DNA of 64,000 nucleotides, taken from a virus. Positions 1 to 8,166 of this stretch are shown here, piece by piece. A model generated the notes under the pieces. That model was not told where the DNA came from. It was given only the letters and a program-made list of their open reading frames with translations, and ran no database searches. The stretch covers positions 96,001 to 160,000 of the IMG/VR virus record IMGVR_UViG_3300023199_000051; one strand, written 5' to 3'. The translations under genes were made by a program, and so were the position numbers. Each line of letters opens with the position of its first letter. Within the stretch, counting starts at the first letter, position 1.

Positions 1-334
1 GGTAGGGGCCGCCCTCAGGCTCTGGCTCGTTGTATGGCTTGCTGGCCCAGGGAGGCACCATGAAGGCGGGGACGGGCACCTGCGGAGCGAACTTGGTAGG
101 CGCCAAGCCTTCCCCACGCGTCCCATGCGTCCATGCCAGCCGCACCCTGCGGCCCAGCACCGGATCAGTGGCGCTGATGGGGGCCTTGCGGAGCCACACG
201 GGGACGTAGCTTCGGATCTTGTCCTGGTAGGTCCGCACCCCACCAGGGTCACGGGACTCACCAGCCCGTAGCGCCTTGGCAAACAAGCGGTACTGGTGGA
301 TGGGGATGGAGTTGACCCACCCGACAACACTCAC
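1..334 (-). CDS. Hypothetical protein, partial (runs off the left edge)
   Basis: GTG at 334 overlaps the TGA of the upstream gene (GTGA coupling). The frame VSVVGWVNSIPIHQYRLF... stays open to the window edge. Confidence 0.55.
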   Translation of the reverse strand, partial: MSVVGWVNSIPIHQYRLFAKALRAGESRDPGGVRTYQDKIRSYVPVWLRKAPISATDPVLGRRVRLAWTHGTRGEGLAPTKFAPQVPVPAFMVPPWASKPYNEPEPEGGPY

Positions 335-618
335 CGTAGCCCCCACTTCCAAGGACGCACCTGCTGCACGGCCTGCTTGCGCACGACCATGAAGCCTCTG
401 AAGGTCAAGGGGAGTGAGGCATGGCTGACTCCCTTGACATAGACGATGAGGCACGGTCCGGTGAACATGGCATTGCGCCGGCCGTGGTTGCTGCGCTCTG
501 CGATCACCTTGACGACGCCAGGGTACTTCGACCGCAAGCGCCCGTGGAGCACTTGAGCTGCCTGCCGTGCCTTCCTCAGCTCGATGTCAGGCATCGAGAA
601 GGTCATGCCTGGAAACAT
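331..618 (-). CDS. Small basic hypothetical protein (candidate virion operon)
   Basis: ATG preceded by a GGAGG RBS; co-oriented with its neighbours. Confidence 0.7.
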   Translation of the reverse strand: MFPGMTFSMPDIELRKARQAAQVLHGRLRSKYPGVVKVIAERSNHGRRNAMFTGPCLIVYVKGVSHASLPLTFRGFMVVRKQAVQQVRPWKWGLR

Positions 619-660
619 CGGTACCTCCTATGAACACCTAGTGGAGAGAGGAGGAAGCAA

Positions 661-1101
661 TCACGCCCAATAGGGCGATGGCTCGATGCTGGTGAAGCCC
701 TGCTGGGAGAGCACGTCCTCGGCCACCTGTGGGTTGCCTGTGAACATGACGCCGAGCCTGTCGGGGCCGCTGGCAAGCGCCACCTGGACACCAGCCCCCC
801 GTGCTGCCATCTCGGCCTTGCTAGCCTTGCCCCACACATCGTTGTGGGTGTCGGGGGGGAACACGACCAGTGCGTGCTCTCCCTCCAGGATCTCGGTCTG
901 GACAGACGGGACGCCTGCTCGCTTCATGTCGCCTGCGTAGCGGGCAGCTGCGGCACGGGCCGAGCCGAGCGCGCCGACGCCGTCGACCTTGGGGGACGCG
1001 GGGACACCCCCCCGGAACGAGTCGAGCCAGGACAGGCCCGCAATAGCGGCGACTCCGGTGAGGGCAAGGACGACGCCTTGCTCGGTGTTGGTCTTGAACA
1101 T
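661..1101 (-). CDS. Putative membrane protein with an N-terminal hydrophobic helix
   Basis: Start reassigned to ATG 1101 (MFKTNTEQ, GGAG RBS). Hydrophobic segment GVVLALTGVAAIAGLSWL. Confidence 0.65.
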   Translation of the reverse strand: MFKTNTEQGVVLALTGVAAIAGLSWLDSFRGGVPASPKVDGVGALGSARAAAARYAGDMKRAGVPSVQTEILEGEHALVVFPPDTHNDVWGKASKAEMAARGAGVQVALASGPDRLGVMFTGNPQVAEDVLSQQGFTSIEPSPYWA

Positions 1102-1120
1102 GGTGAACTCCAGTTGTTGT

Positions 1121-2071
1121 CTACAGGGCGCGGCCCTGAGCACGTCTCTTCTTTGCGTAGTTGAGGTACCAGTCTGGGACGGGCATCCCCAAGCGTACCG
1201 ATGGATCATCGTACACGGGGGCATCGAACTTCGGCCCTCCGAGGTACCCGTCGACACGAACGAGGGCATGGAACAGTCGTCCGCCCTTCTTGCCACCTGC
1301 GAACTGTTCGGGCTTCTCGATGGGGCGCGTGTCCACATGCGCATCGAATCCCTGCAGCATCAGCTCCCCAGCGCGGTAGGCTGCCAAGCCTTCGCAGTCA
1401 TCCTGACCCTGCGACAGGATCTCCTCAGCGTCCCACCACTTCTCGGGGGTGCCTTCTGTGCTGTACTTGACGTTGGTCTTGTACAGCGGAGGGAGCCCCT
1501 GGGTCTCGATACGCCTGGCGTTGTGGCGTGCGATGGCGTCTCCGATCTCCCGAACCGGGAGCGCCTTGTCATCGTCGAGGGACAGGTACATGTACTCGGT
1601 CACGCGGCCCTTGGTCGGCTGCGTGGTTGCACCGACTACGCCAGGACGGTAGTCGGCAGGCCGCCCGAACTGCACAGACGGATCGTCGAGCACGACCGAT
1701 GGGCTGCGCGCTGAGCCACCTACGATGGTGGCCACCTGAGGGACACCACTGACCAGTGCAACGACTGCCTTGGCGCCCTTGGCTCGCTCCTCGGCCGCCC
1801 TCCACGCAGCCAAGGTGCCCGCTGAGGCCTTCCCCGTGCGAAGAGCGGTGAGTGAATCACGCCACACAGGCGCTTCATCATAGGCGAGCGAGACGTCGTC
1901 CAGGTTCGGGACCTTTCCTTCTTGGATGGAACGAACGTTGCGGGTGATGAGCCCGTTCATCACGTCTGCGAGTGCTTTCTCCCCCCCGTGCAGGGTGAGG
2001 AGCACACGCATGCGCCCTGCCTTCTGCGGAAGGGGAGGGAGTGTTCCGATGATGTCTGCTGGATTGGCCAC
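1121..2071 (-). CDS. Transglutaminase-like (papain-fold) Cys-His-Asp enzyme, candidate virion maturation protease
   Basis: C-terminal motifs GQDDCEGLAAYRAGEL (Cys 1394-1396), LFHALVRV (His 1268-1270) and YDDPSVRLGM fit the transglutaminase-like triad pattern. Confidence 0.7.
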   Translation of the reverse strand: MANPADIIGTLPPLPQKAGRMRVLLTLHGGEKALADVMNGLITRNVRSIQEGKVPNLDDVSLAYDEAPVWRDSLTALRTGKASAGTLAAWRAAEERAKGAKAVVALVSGVPQVATIVGGSARSPSVVLDDPSVQFGRPADYRPGVVGATTQPTKGRVTEYMYLSLDDDKALPVREIGDAIARHNARRIETQGLPPLYKTNVKYSTEGTPEKWWDAEEILSQGQDDCEGLAAYRAGELMLQGFDAHVDTRPIEKPEQFAGGKKGGRLFHALVRVDGYLGGPKFDAPVYDDPSVRLGMPVPDWYLNYAKKRRAQGRAL

Positions 2072-2077
2072 CGCGAT

Positions 2078-2761
2078 CTACCCCTTCACGGCGCCGCCAC
2101 CAAGGGCGCCAATGATGTGACCGCCGGGGTTGTCGTAGGCGAAGCCACGACGACTCTGGCCGGGGAGGCCGCTGCGGAGCAAGCCGCTGTCATAGGGTGC
2201 TGCACCCCACTCGGCCTGTCCAGGGCCAGCAGGGGCCTCCCAGGCCATCGGGCGCTCCTCGTCGAGGTCGGCCGGGTCAAGGCCCAGGTGTGCCAGTTCG
2301 GCATCCAGCTCGCTCTCCAGGTAGTCGAGGTCGTCGTCGCTGAAGTTGTTCTCGGGATCGCTGAAGCGGTGACCGCCGAAGCCCGGAACGCCGAAGGAAC
2401 CGACACCTGCCATGTGGGCGTAGCCGGCCTCGGCATCATCCAGCTCGGCCTCGAAGTCGTCCAGCTCTTCATCGCTCATGTCGCTGAACATGCCGGAGTC
2501 AATGCCGCCTCCACCACCGAGCAGCTCGGCGATGCCTCCACCAAAAGATGGACCGAACAGCGGCAGCCTCACCTTGCCTTCTTCGGGGGCCTCGATGCGC
2601 TTGGCTGCCTTCTCGGCCGTGCTCGTGATGCGGCTGCCGAAGGCCTTGCCAAGGCGTCCGAAGGCGCGGCCGAATGCGCGCTTCTTCTTGCGCTTCTTCT
2701 TGCTCTTCTCCTCTGGCTCCTTGGCGGCGCCGATGAGGCCCATGTGGATAGGGATGTGCAT
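2078..2761 (-). CDS. Hypothetical low-complexity protein (Lys/Arg-rich N-terminus, acidic Gly-rich C-terminus), candidate virion protein
   Basis: AGGAG RBS; KSKKKRKKKR tract followed by D/E-rich tracts. Confidence 0.7.
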   Translation of the reverse strand: MHIPIHMGLIGAAKEPEEKSKKKRKKKRAFGRAFGRLGKAFGSRITSTAEKAAKRIEAPEEGKVRLPLFGPSFGGGIAELLGGGGGIDSGMFSDMSDEELDDFEAELDDAEAGYAHMAGVGSFGVPGFGGHRFSDPENNFSDDDLDYLESELDAELAHLGLDPADLDEERPMAWEAPAGPGQAEWGAAPYDSGLLRSGLPGQSRRGFAYDNPGGHIIGALGGGAVKG

Positions 2762-2788
2762 GTCGATCTCCTGGGGGTGAGTAGTGGC

Positions 2789-3535
2789 CTACCCGGTGCA
2801 CTCGTAGAGGACGATGTGGGTCTGGGGGGCGGCCCCAGTGGGACTGAGTGTGTAGTCCAGGTTCGGGATCCGCTTGATCTCCCCCGAACGTGGGACAGTG
2901 AGGACTTCATCGTATGCGACGACGCCGCCTGGCCCATAGCCTCGGATGCGAGGTGGCGGCGAGCCAGCTCCTGGGCTGAACACCTCGAAGGTGTCGCAGA
3001 AGGGAGGCACCGACAGATCGGTCTCCCCGGTAAGTGCATCGACGCCGCCAAAGAACTGCTGGTCCTTCCAGTCCGAGAGGCCTGCTGTGAACTCATCGAT
3101 CTGGTAGTGGGCTTCCAGCTCGAAGTTGTTGGGATTGAGCGCCAGTACGCGGATGCTGCGACCTGGTGCGTAGATGACGGCTGACTGGTTCGTGGTCGTG
3201 AAGCATCGGCGTACGATGCGCTCGTTCTCCATCTTCGCGAGCACAGTGAAGCGCAGTCCCGCACCCGATCGAGTGGGGTCATTGCCTTCCGGGTCCTGAC
3301 AGCTGAGTGTGACCTTCCAGCGGCGGATGATGTTGATCTCGCCGTTGTCGACCAGGACGACAGGGTCCACGAGCCCTGATCCGGGAGGAGAAGCAGCAAA
3401 CCCAGCACGTGCAGGGACAGCCTTGAAGTCTCCGATGCGGTAGCCACGGCCCATGGCCGGATCCCATCGGGAGTAGGGCTGCAGACCACCGTGCTCGATC
3501 TCGTTGACCAGTCGTCGGTCTTCACGGCTGTGCAC
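2789..3535 (-). CDS. Beta-strand-rich hypothetical protein, candidate structural protein
   Basis: Open frame 2789-3655; the likely start is GTG 3535 (uncertain). Many alternating hydrophobic beta-like segments. Confidence 0.55.
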   Translation of the reverse strand: MHSREDRRLVNEIEHGGLQPYSRWDPAMGRGYRIGDFKAVPARAGFAASPPGSGLVDPVVLVDNGEINIIRRWKVTLSCQDPEGNDPTRSGAGLRFTVLAKMENERIVRRCFTTTNQSAVIYAPGRSIRVLALNPNNFELEAHYQIDEFTAGLSDWKDQQFFGGVDALTGETDLSVPPFCDTFEVFSPGAGSPPPRIRGYGPGGVVAYDEVLTVPRSGEIKRIPNLDYTLSPTGAAPQTHIVLYECTG

Positions 3536-3573
3536 GGAGGCGCTTCTACCTGCACGACTACGGTGACTCAAAA

Positions 3574-3730
3574 CGCACCTCGGCCCCTGGGACCCCGTGG
3601 TGAAGTGGGAACCAAGTCCCCACGTCACGGGGCCGCAGGGGCCAGGCGTGCGCACCGATCGGTGCGCACAGTGTGACAGCGGAAGCTATCACGGTAGCGC
3701 CGTAGCTACGGGGCAGCGGTTGCTACCCCA
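3574..3730. other. Cluster of intergenic hairpins, including an ~80-nt stem and a perfect 22-bp palindrome
   Basis: Nested stem CGCAC/GTGCG, GGCCCCTG/CAGGGGCC, CCCCGTG/CACGGGG (3574-3652). GTGCGCACCGATCGGTGCGCAC at 3648-3669. CGTAGCTACG at 3701-3710. Confidence 0.75.
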
Positions 3731-3759
3731 CAGGCGTAACCCTCGGTAGAGGGCCGCGC

Positions 3760-4476
3760 CTAGTAGCCGTAGCCGGGAGCCGAGAAGCCCTGCGTCGCGG
3801 CGGTCAGGAGCATGTGCTCCATCCAGCGCTGCATCGCGTAGGGGTTCAGCTCGTCGGCGATGATGCCGCCGCTGACCGTCCGCGGGGCACCCGTGGCGAT
3901 GTTCGCCAGGTTGACCCGGAAGGTCTGGCCGGTCAGCGCGAGACGCCGCCCGAACGAGATCCCGAAGCGGGTGCTGTCGCTGGCGAACATCGACAAGGGG
4001 GTTCCCTTCGAACCCACGTTGACCGGCAAGCCGGCGACCGTGATGCCCGTCACGAGAACTTCGGCGGGGACGTCGGCGTCGAGCACCAGGCTCTTCCCCC
4101 ACAGGTTCCGGTTGATGGTGTCGTCGATGTAGCCAGTCGACGAGGCTGGGATCTCGACACTGCCGAGGCCGTTGTACTGGTTCTCCTGGATCATCCCGGC
4201 CGCGGCTGCGGCCTGGTAGACGTCTGCGGGTGCTGCTCCTTGATTGGGCATCGGTTCCTCCTGGGGGGGTGGTGCGAGGCGGGCCTGACGGCGCTCCAGA
4301 CGGTCGATCTTGCGAGAGGTGCGGCGGAGCCGCGCCTTCTTGCCGAACGGCCACAGGAGACCAGACTCGTCTTCTTCGTCGTCGTAGTCCATCTCTTCCA
4401 CGTCGGCGGGGTCCACGTAGACCTCGCCGGTCGCTTCGTCGAGCTTCACGGGGACTGCGCCAATGACAGTGGACAT
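3760..4476 (-). CDS. Candidate single-jelly-roll-type capsid protein with an acidic/basic N-terminal extension
   Basis: GGAG RBS. The ~110-aa beta-rich core (LWGKSLVLD..VLVTGITVAG..TPLSMFA..GQTFRVNLANI..VSGGIIAD) resembles small beta-sandwich proteins of tailless viruses. The fold is an inference. Confidence 0.45.
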   Translation of the reverse strand: MSTVIGAVPVKLDEATGEVYVDPADVEEMDYDDEEDESGLLWPFGKKARLRRTSRKIDRLERRQARLAPPPQEEPMPNQGAAPADVYQAAAAAGMIQENQYNGLGSVEIPASSTGYIDDTINRNLWGKSLVLDADVPAEVLVTGITVAGLPVNVGSKGTPLSMFASDSTRFGISFGRRLALTGQTFRVNLANIATGAPRTVSGGIIADELNPYAMQRWMEHMLLTAATQGFSAPGYGY

Positions 4477-4653
4477 GGAAAACTCCGGTTTTCTTGAGTG
4501 GTGCTGGGTGGTGGTGTGCGCTGATTCGCCAGAGCGGCGTCTCAGGGCGCCCTGCTTCGAGCCCCGAAGGGCTCTCGGCGGGGTGTCAGCGGCTCAAAGG
4601 CTGCTGAACGTGTGGTGAACTGGTGAAAGATCTTGCCCTTGCGGGCAGCTGCT

Positions 4654-5328
4654 CTACAGAGCGAGCTGACGGCGGTAGCGGGGTCGGACGGCGTACAGGG
4701 GGACCTGGACCATCTGGGGCTCCTGCTGGGCGTCGTCGTACCCGAGCTTGTGCTGGAGGCGTCCGCGACGGCTGCGCAGGCGGGACAGCTTGCGCCCGAT
4801 GCGCTGGATGCGCTGGCGACGGCCGAACAGGCCTGACTCGTCCTCCTCCTCCTCATCGTCGTAGTCCTCGTCGAGGGCGCCGAGCACGACACCCTGGGAG
4901 GTGGCTGCGCTGGCAGCCGGGGCGCTCTCGCCCTTCTCGCCCCACTTGGCGCCCATCTCGTAGCTGTACTCGTGGACCCAGGAGCCCAGGGTACCGAGGG
5001 AGACGTTCACCGCGTGGCTCGACCACTTGGACTTCGGCCACCAGAGACCGGCGACCAGGCCGGCGACACCGGTGACGATCCGCGCGTCGGTCTTGATGAC
5101 GGGGATCTTGAGGTCCTTGCCCTGCGCTGCTCGCCATGCGGACGCACCGGACCAGACGGCGCCGGAGCCGAGCAGCTCGCCTGCGACGACTGCGCTCTCC
5201 TTGGCGGCCTTGGTGCGCGCCTTGGCGACGGTGGACCGCGACCGCGATCGGCCGCTGGACTTGCGCTTGCGCTTGCTCTTGCGCTTGCGAGGGCGAGCCT
5301 TGGATGCAGATGGTGGGGTGATGGCCAT
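4654..5328 (-). CDS. Basic membrane-associated protein, candidate virion protein
   Basis: GGAGGT RBS; N-terminal K/R/S tract; hydrophobic IVTGVAGLVAGLWW; C-terminal DYDDEEEEDESGLFGRR motif. Confidence 0.75.
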   Translation of the reverse strand: MAITPPSASKARPRKRKSKRKRKSSGRSRSRSTVAKARTKAAKESAVVAGELLGSGAVWSGASAWRAAQGKDLKIPVIKTDARIVTGVAGLVAGLWWPKSKWSSHAVNVSLGTLGSWVHEYSYEMGAKWGEKGESAPAASAATSQGVVLGALDEDYDDEEEEDESGLFGRRQRIQRIGRKLSRLRSRRGRLQHKLGYDDAQQEPQMVQVPLYAVRPRYRRQLAL

Positions 5329-5650
5329 GGAAGCGACCTCCGTGTTTCGATGCCTAAAGCGTATCGAAGGGTGACAGGTTGTGCAAGCAGGAAAAAGAAG
5401 TTTCCAGGCCCACTATGGGCCTTATGTGCCCCTACTCACAAGTAGGTCCGGCGAAAGTGCCGGGAGACCCTATATGGGCCAGTTGATGTCGAACCCCTTG
5501 CCGAACCGTGGGAGGCCCGTTCGGGATCCTGAACGCCATGGTTCGTCTGGACGCCGAAGCATCGACGAGAGGGCGTATGAAGCTCTGGACTGCTGCAGGA
5601 TTGGCCGCGGGTATGCGAGTCCTTCCTGGAGCATGCGGTCGAGGGGTCGC

Positions 5651-7585
5651 TCAAAGCGCCCTCCGCGACACCGCGCCGAGGTTGTCCTGGAACGCCCCCG
5701 TGTCGGCGTGAGAAGCAGGATCAGCATCTGAGTAGCCTCCGGTCTGGACGCCCATCAGGCGAGGGCCATAGCTGGAAGGGGCGCCGAAGCTCTGCGAGCT
5801 TCCGTAGCTCTGCGGGCTTCCGTAGCCGCTCTGCCCGTACCGGGCCTCGGCCTCGCGGGCCTTGTGCTGAGCGGTGATGGCCTGCAAGAAGGCCACCGTC
5901 TTTGCCTGCTGTCCCAGGTTGGGATCATAGGAGGGTTGCCGTTCCCGGATGATGGTTCGGCGGATGACCTGAGGCCGGCCTCGACCGATGGGAATGCGGC
6001 GACGCCTGCGCACCATGCGACGACGCCTGCGCGCCATGCGGGTAGGCGGCCTCGACGAGCGCACTGCTGGGGGAGGAGCTACACGCCGCGGACGCCTGGG
6101 CTTGCCCTGGGCCTTTGCGAGCAGGCCTCGGATCTGGCGGGCGAGGGTCTGCAGGCGTGCCTTCTTCTTGATGCGGCGCACTCTCTGCAGCTTGCGCTCG
6201 ATGCGGTCGAGTGCCTTCTCCAGCTTGCCCACGAGCTTGGGCTTGATGCGTCCCTTGCGGCGGAGCTGGCGCTCGGCACGCTTGATCATCTTGCCGGGAC
6301 CGAACAGGGTGATGGCCCGTCCGCCCCGCGGTGCCGATGCCTCTTCACCTGCACGGTCGAGCAGCGACTTGATCTGTGCTGCCAGACGCTGCATCTTCTG
6401 ACGCTTCTTCGGCCGGCGGGCGTTCTTGGCCTTGAAGGACACCCGGCCGTAGATGCGCTGGATGCGCGCAAGCAGCTTGGGCTTGATGCGTCCCTTGCGA
6501 CGGAGCTGGCGCTCGGCACGCCGGAGGGCCTTCTTCTTGTTGGGAGCCAGGAGGGCGAGGACCCCACCGCCGAGGAGGAAAGGAAGGATGCCGATCTCGT
6601 CGAGGTCGTCGTCGCCCTCGTAGGTGTAGCCCATCTCTTCGAGCCTGGCCTTGAGACGGCGGATGCGCTTGAGCATGCGGCCGATACGGCGCCTGATGCT
6701 GCGTGCACGCTTGGCCGGTGTCCGCTTGAACAGCCTGCCCAGCTTCTTGAACAGCCCGACCGTGTCGTCGTAGCCAGCCGTGGAGACATCGGGGTCGTCG
6801 TCGGGGATCGTGACTGCGACACCAGCCGGGTCGTCGGTGAAGTAGAAGAGGTACCAGCCACCCTTCGAGGGCTCGACCCGGTAGAAGGTGTTGCGGTTGC
6901 GCGCGATCTTGCGAGCCTTCAGCGCGGCCTCGATGCGGTCGTTCTCGCTGGGGAGGTGAAGCATCCATCCATCACCGGTTGCTTCGCCGGCCGCGGCCCA
7001 GTGCTTGCCGACCGGGATGCGGCTGTCTGCAGCCCACTTCGCGAGGGTGCCCGACGACTTGACGACGGCCTTGCCTTGCTTGCTCCCCCTGATGACGGCC
7101 TTCCTGCCGATGGCGAGCTTCGGCTTCTTGATCCTGATCTTGGGGAGCTTGAGCTTGAACTTGCCGACTTCGTGCTCCACCATCGCGCCGACCAGGATGG
7201 GGTTGCCATCAGCGGAGAAGCCAGCATCGCGGGCAGCCGCAGTCTGGTAGCTGTGCGGCTCCCAAGCTGAACCACCCCAGTTGGGGCCTTCCCACGGATC
7301 CTGAGCGGGCGCATCGTCACCGAACCCTGCCATGACCGGATTTCCATCTCGGGAAGACGCACGGCTCTCTGCAGCGTTGGACAGGACGTTCGGTTCCCAG
7401 GCCGAGCCGGCCCAGATGGGATCCGACCAAGGGTCAGAGAAGACGGCACCGCTCATGTCGTAGTCGGCGTCGTCGAAGGCGCCCACCATGAGCCCTCCGC
7501 TCTCTACGTCCGGCTCCGTCTTGCGGAGTACGTGCTTCTTGTGAGCAGGGGCAGGGCACTTCGGGGTCTTTTCGTGGGTCGCCAA
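5651..7585 (-). CDS. Large, very Arg/Lys-rich protein with internal repeats, candidate DNA-condensing core protein
   Basis: TTG start with a GGAGG RBS. RAERQLRRKGRIKPKL occurs twice; the underlying 48-bp DNA repeat is at 6234-6281 and 6474-6521 with 1 mismatch. DPW..W.GSAWEP occurs twice. Confidence 0.75.
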   Translation of the reverse strand: MATHEKTPKCPAPAHKKHVLRKTEPDVESGGLMVGAFDDADYDMSGAVFSDPWSDPIWAGSAWEPNVLSNAAESRASSRDGNPVMAGFGDDAPAQDPWEGPNWGGSAWEPHSYQTAAARDAGFSADGNPILVGAMVEHEVGKFKLKLPKIRIKKPKLAIGRKAVIRGSKQGKAVVKSSGTLAKWAADSRIPVGKHWAAAGEATGDGWMLHLPSENDRIEAALKARKIARNRNTFYRVEPSKGGWYLFYFTDDPAGVAVTIPDDDPDVSTAGYDDTVGLFKKLGRLFKRTPAKRARSIRRRIGRMLKRIRRLKARLEEMGYTYEGDDDLDEIGILPFLLGGGVLALLAPNKKKALRRAERQLRRKGRIKPKLLARIQRIYGRVSFKAKNARRPKKRQKMQRLAAQIKSLLDRAGEEASAPRGGRAITLFGPGKMIKRAERQLRRKGRIKPKLVGKLEKALDRIERKLQRVRRIKKKARLQTLARQIRGLLAKAQGKPRRPRRVAPPPAVRSSRPPTRMARRRRRMVRRRRRIPIGRGRPQVIRRTIIRERQPSYDPNLGQQAKTVAFLQAITAQHKAREAEARYGQSGYGSPQSYGSSQSFGAPSSYGPRLMGVQTGGYSDADPASHADTGAFQDNLGAVSRRAL

Positions 7586-7722
7586 GGAGGCCTCCAGAGG
7601 GCAGCGCGCTTGCTGGGAGGCTATCGGGGGCCGTTAGGGCGCGTCCAGTCCCAAAAGGCTCATACAAACCCGTGTATGGCTTAGGATGCCCTGAACATCG
7701 ACACCCTTGTCTGGACTCTATG

Positions 7723-8166
7723 TCACCCTGCTCCATCCGCAGGCCACGACAGCGACACGCACTCGGGCTTCTTGGTCTTCTCGCTCGGACTGATGATCCT
7801 TGATGCCTTCTGCGTGTCGTCCCTGGTCACTTCTACTTGGTCCGGTGGAGCCCCCAGCCGACGGGCTGTCGCTTCCATTACCTGACGGAACAGGGACAGC
7901 ACTCTCGCGGGCGCGTTGGGGGCAAGGATTCCAGTGATGGTCTTGTGCGAGGGCTTGGGCTTCGTGATCGCCGCACCATCTCTCAGTCTCGCATGCGGGC
8001 GCACGATCATGTACCCCGTGTAGGTGAACATCCCGTAGGGCGTCGGGACCATGTTCACCCCTTCAGGCTTGCTGTAGTTGTCCACCCACTGAAACGATCT
8101 CTTGAGCTTGCTGGCCAGCTCTCTGGAGAGGCGCTGTACGATCTCACGGTCTGTGCGCTCACTCAC
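7723..8166 (-). CDS. Hypothetical protein
   Basis: GTG start overlaps the upstream stop (GTGA); 147-aa ORF. Confidence 0.65.
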   Translation of the reverse strand: MSERTDREIVQRLSRELASKLKRSFQWVDNYSKPEGVNMVPTPYGMFTYTGYMIVRPHARLRDGAAITKPKPSHKTITGILAPNAPARVLSLFRQVMEATARRLGAPPDQVEVTRDDTQKASRIISPSEKTKKPECVSLSWPADGAG

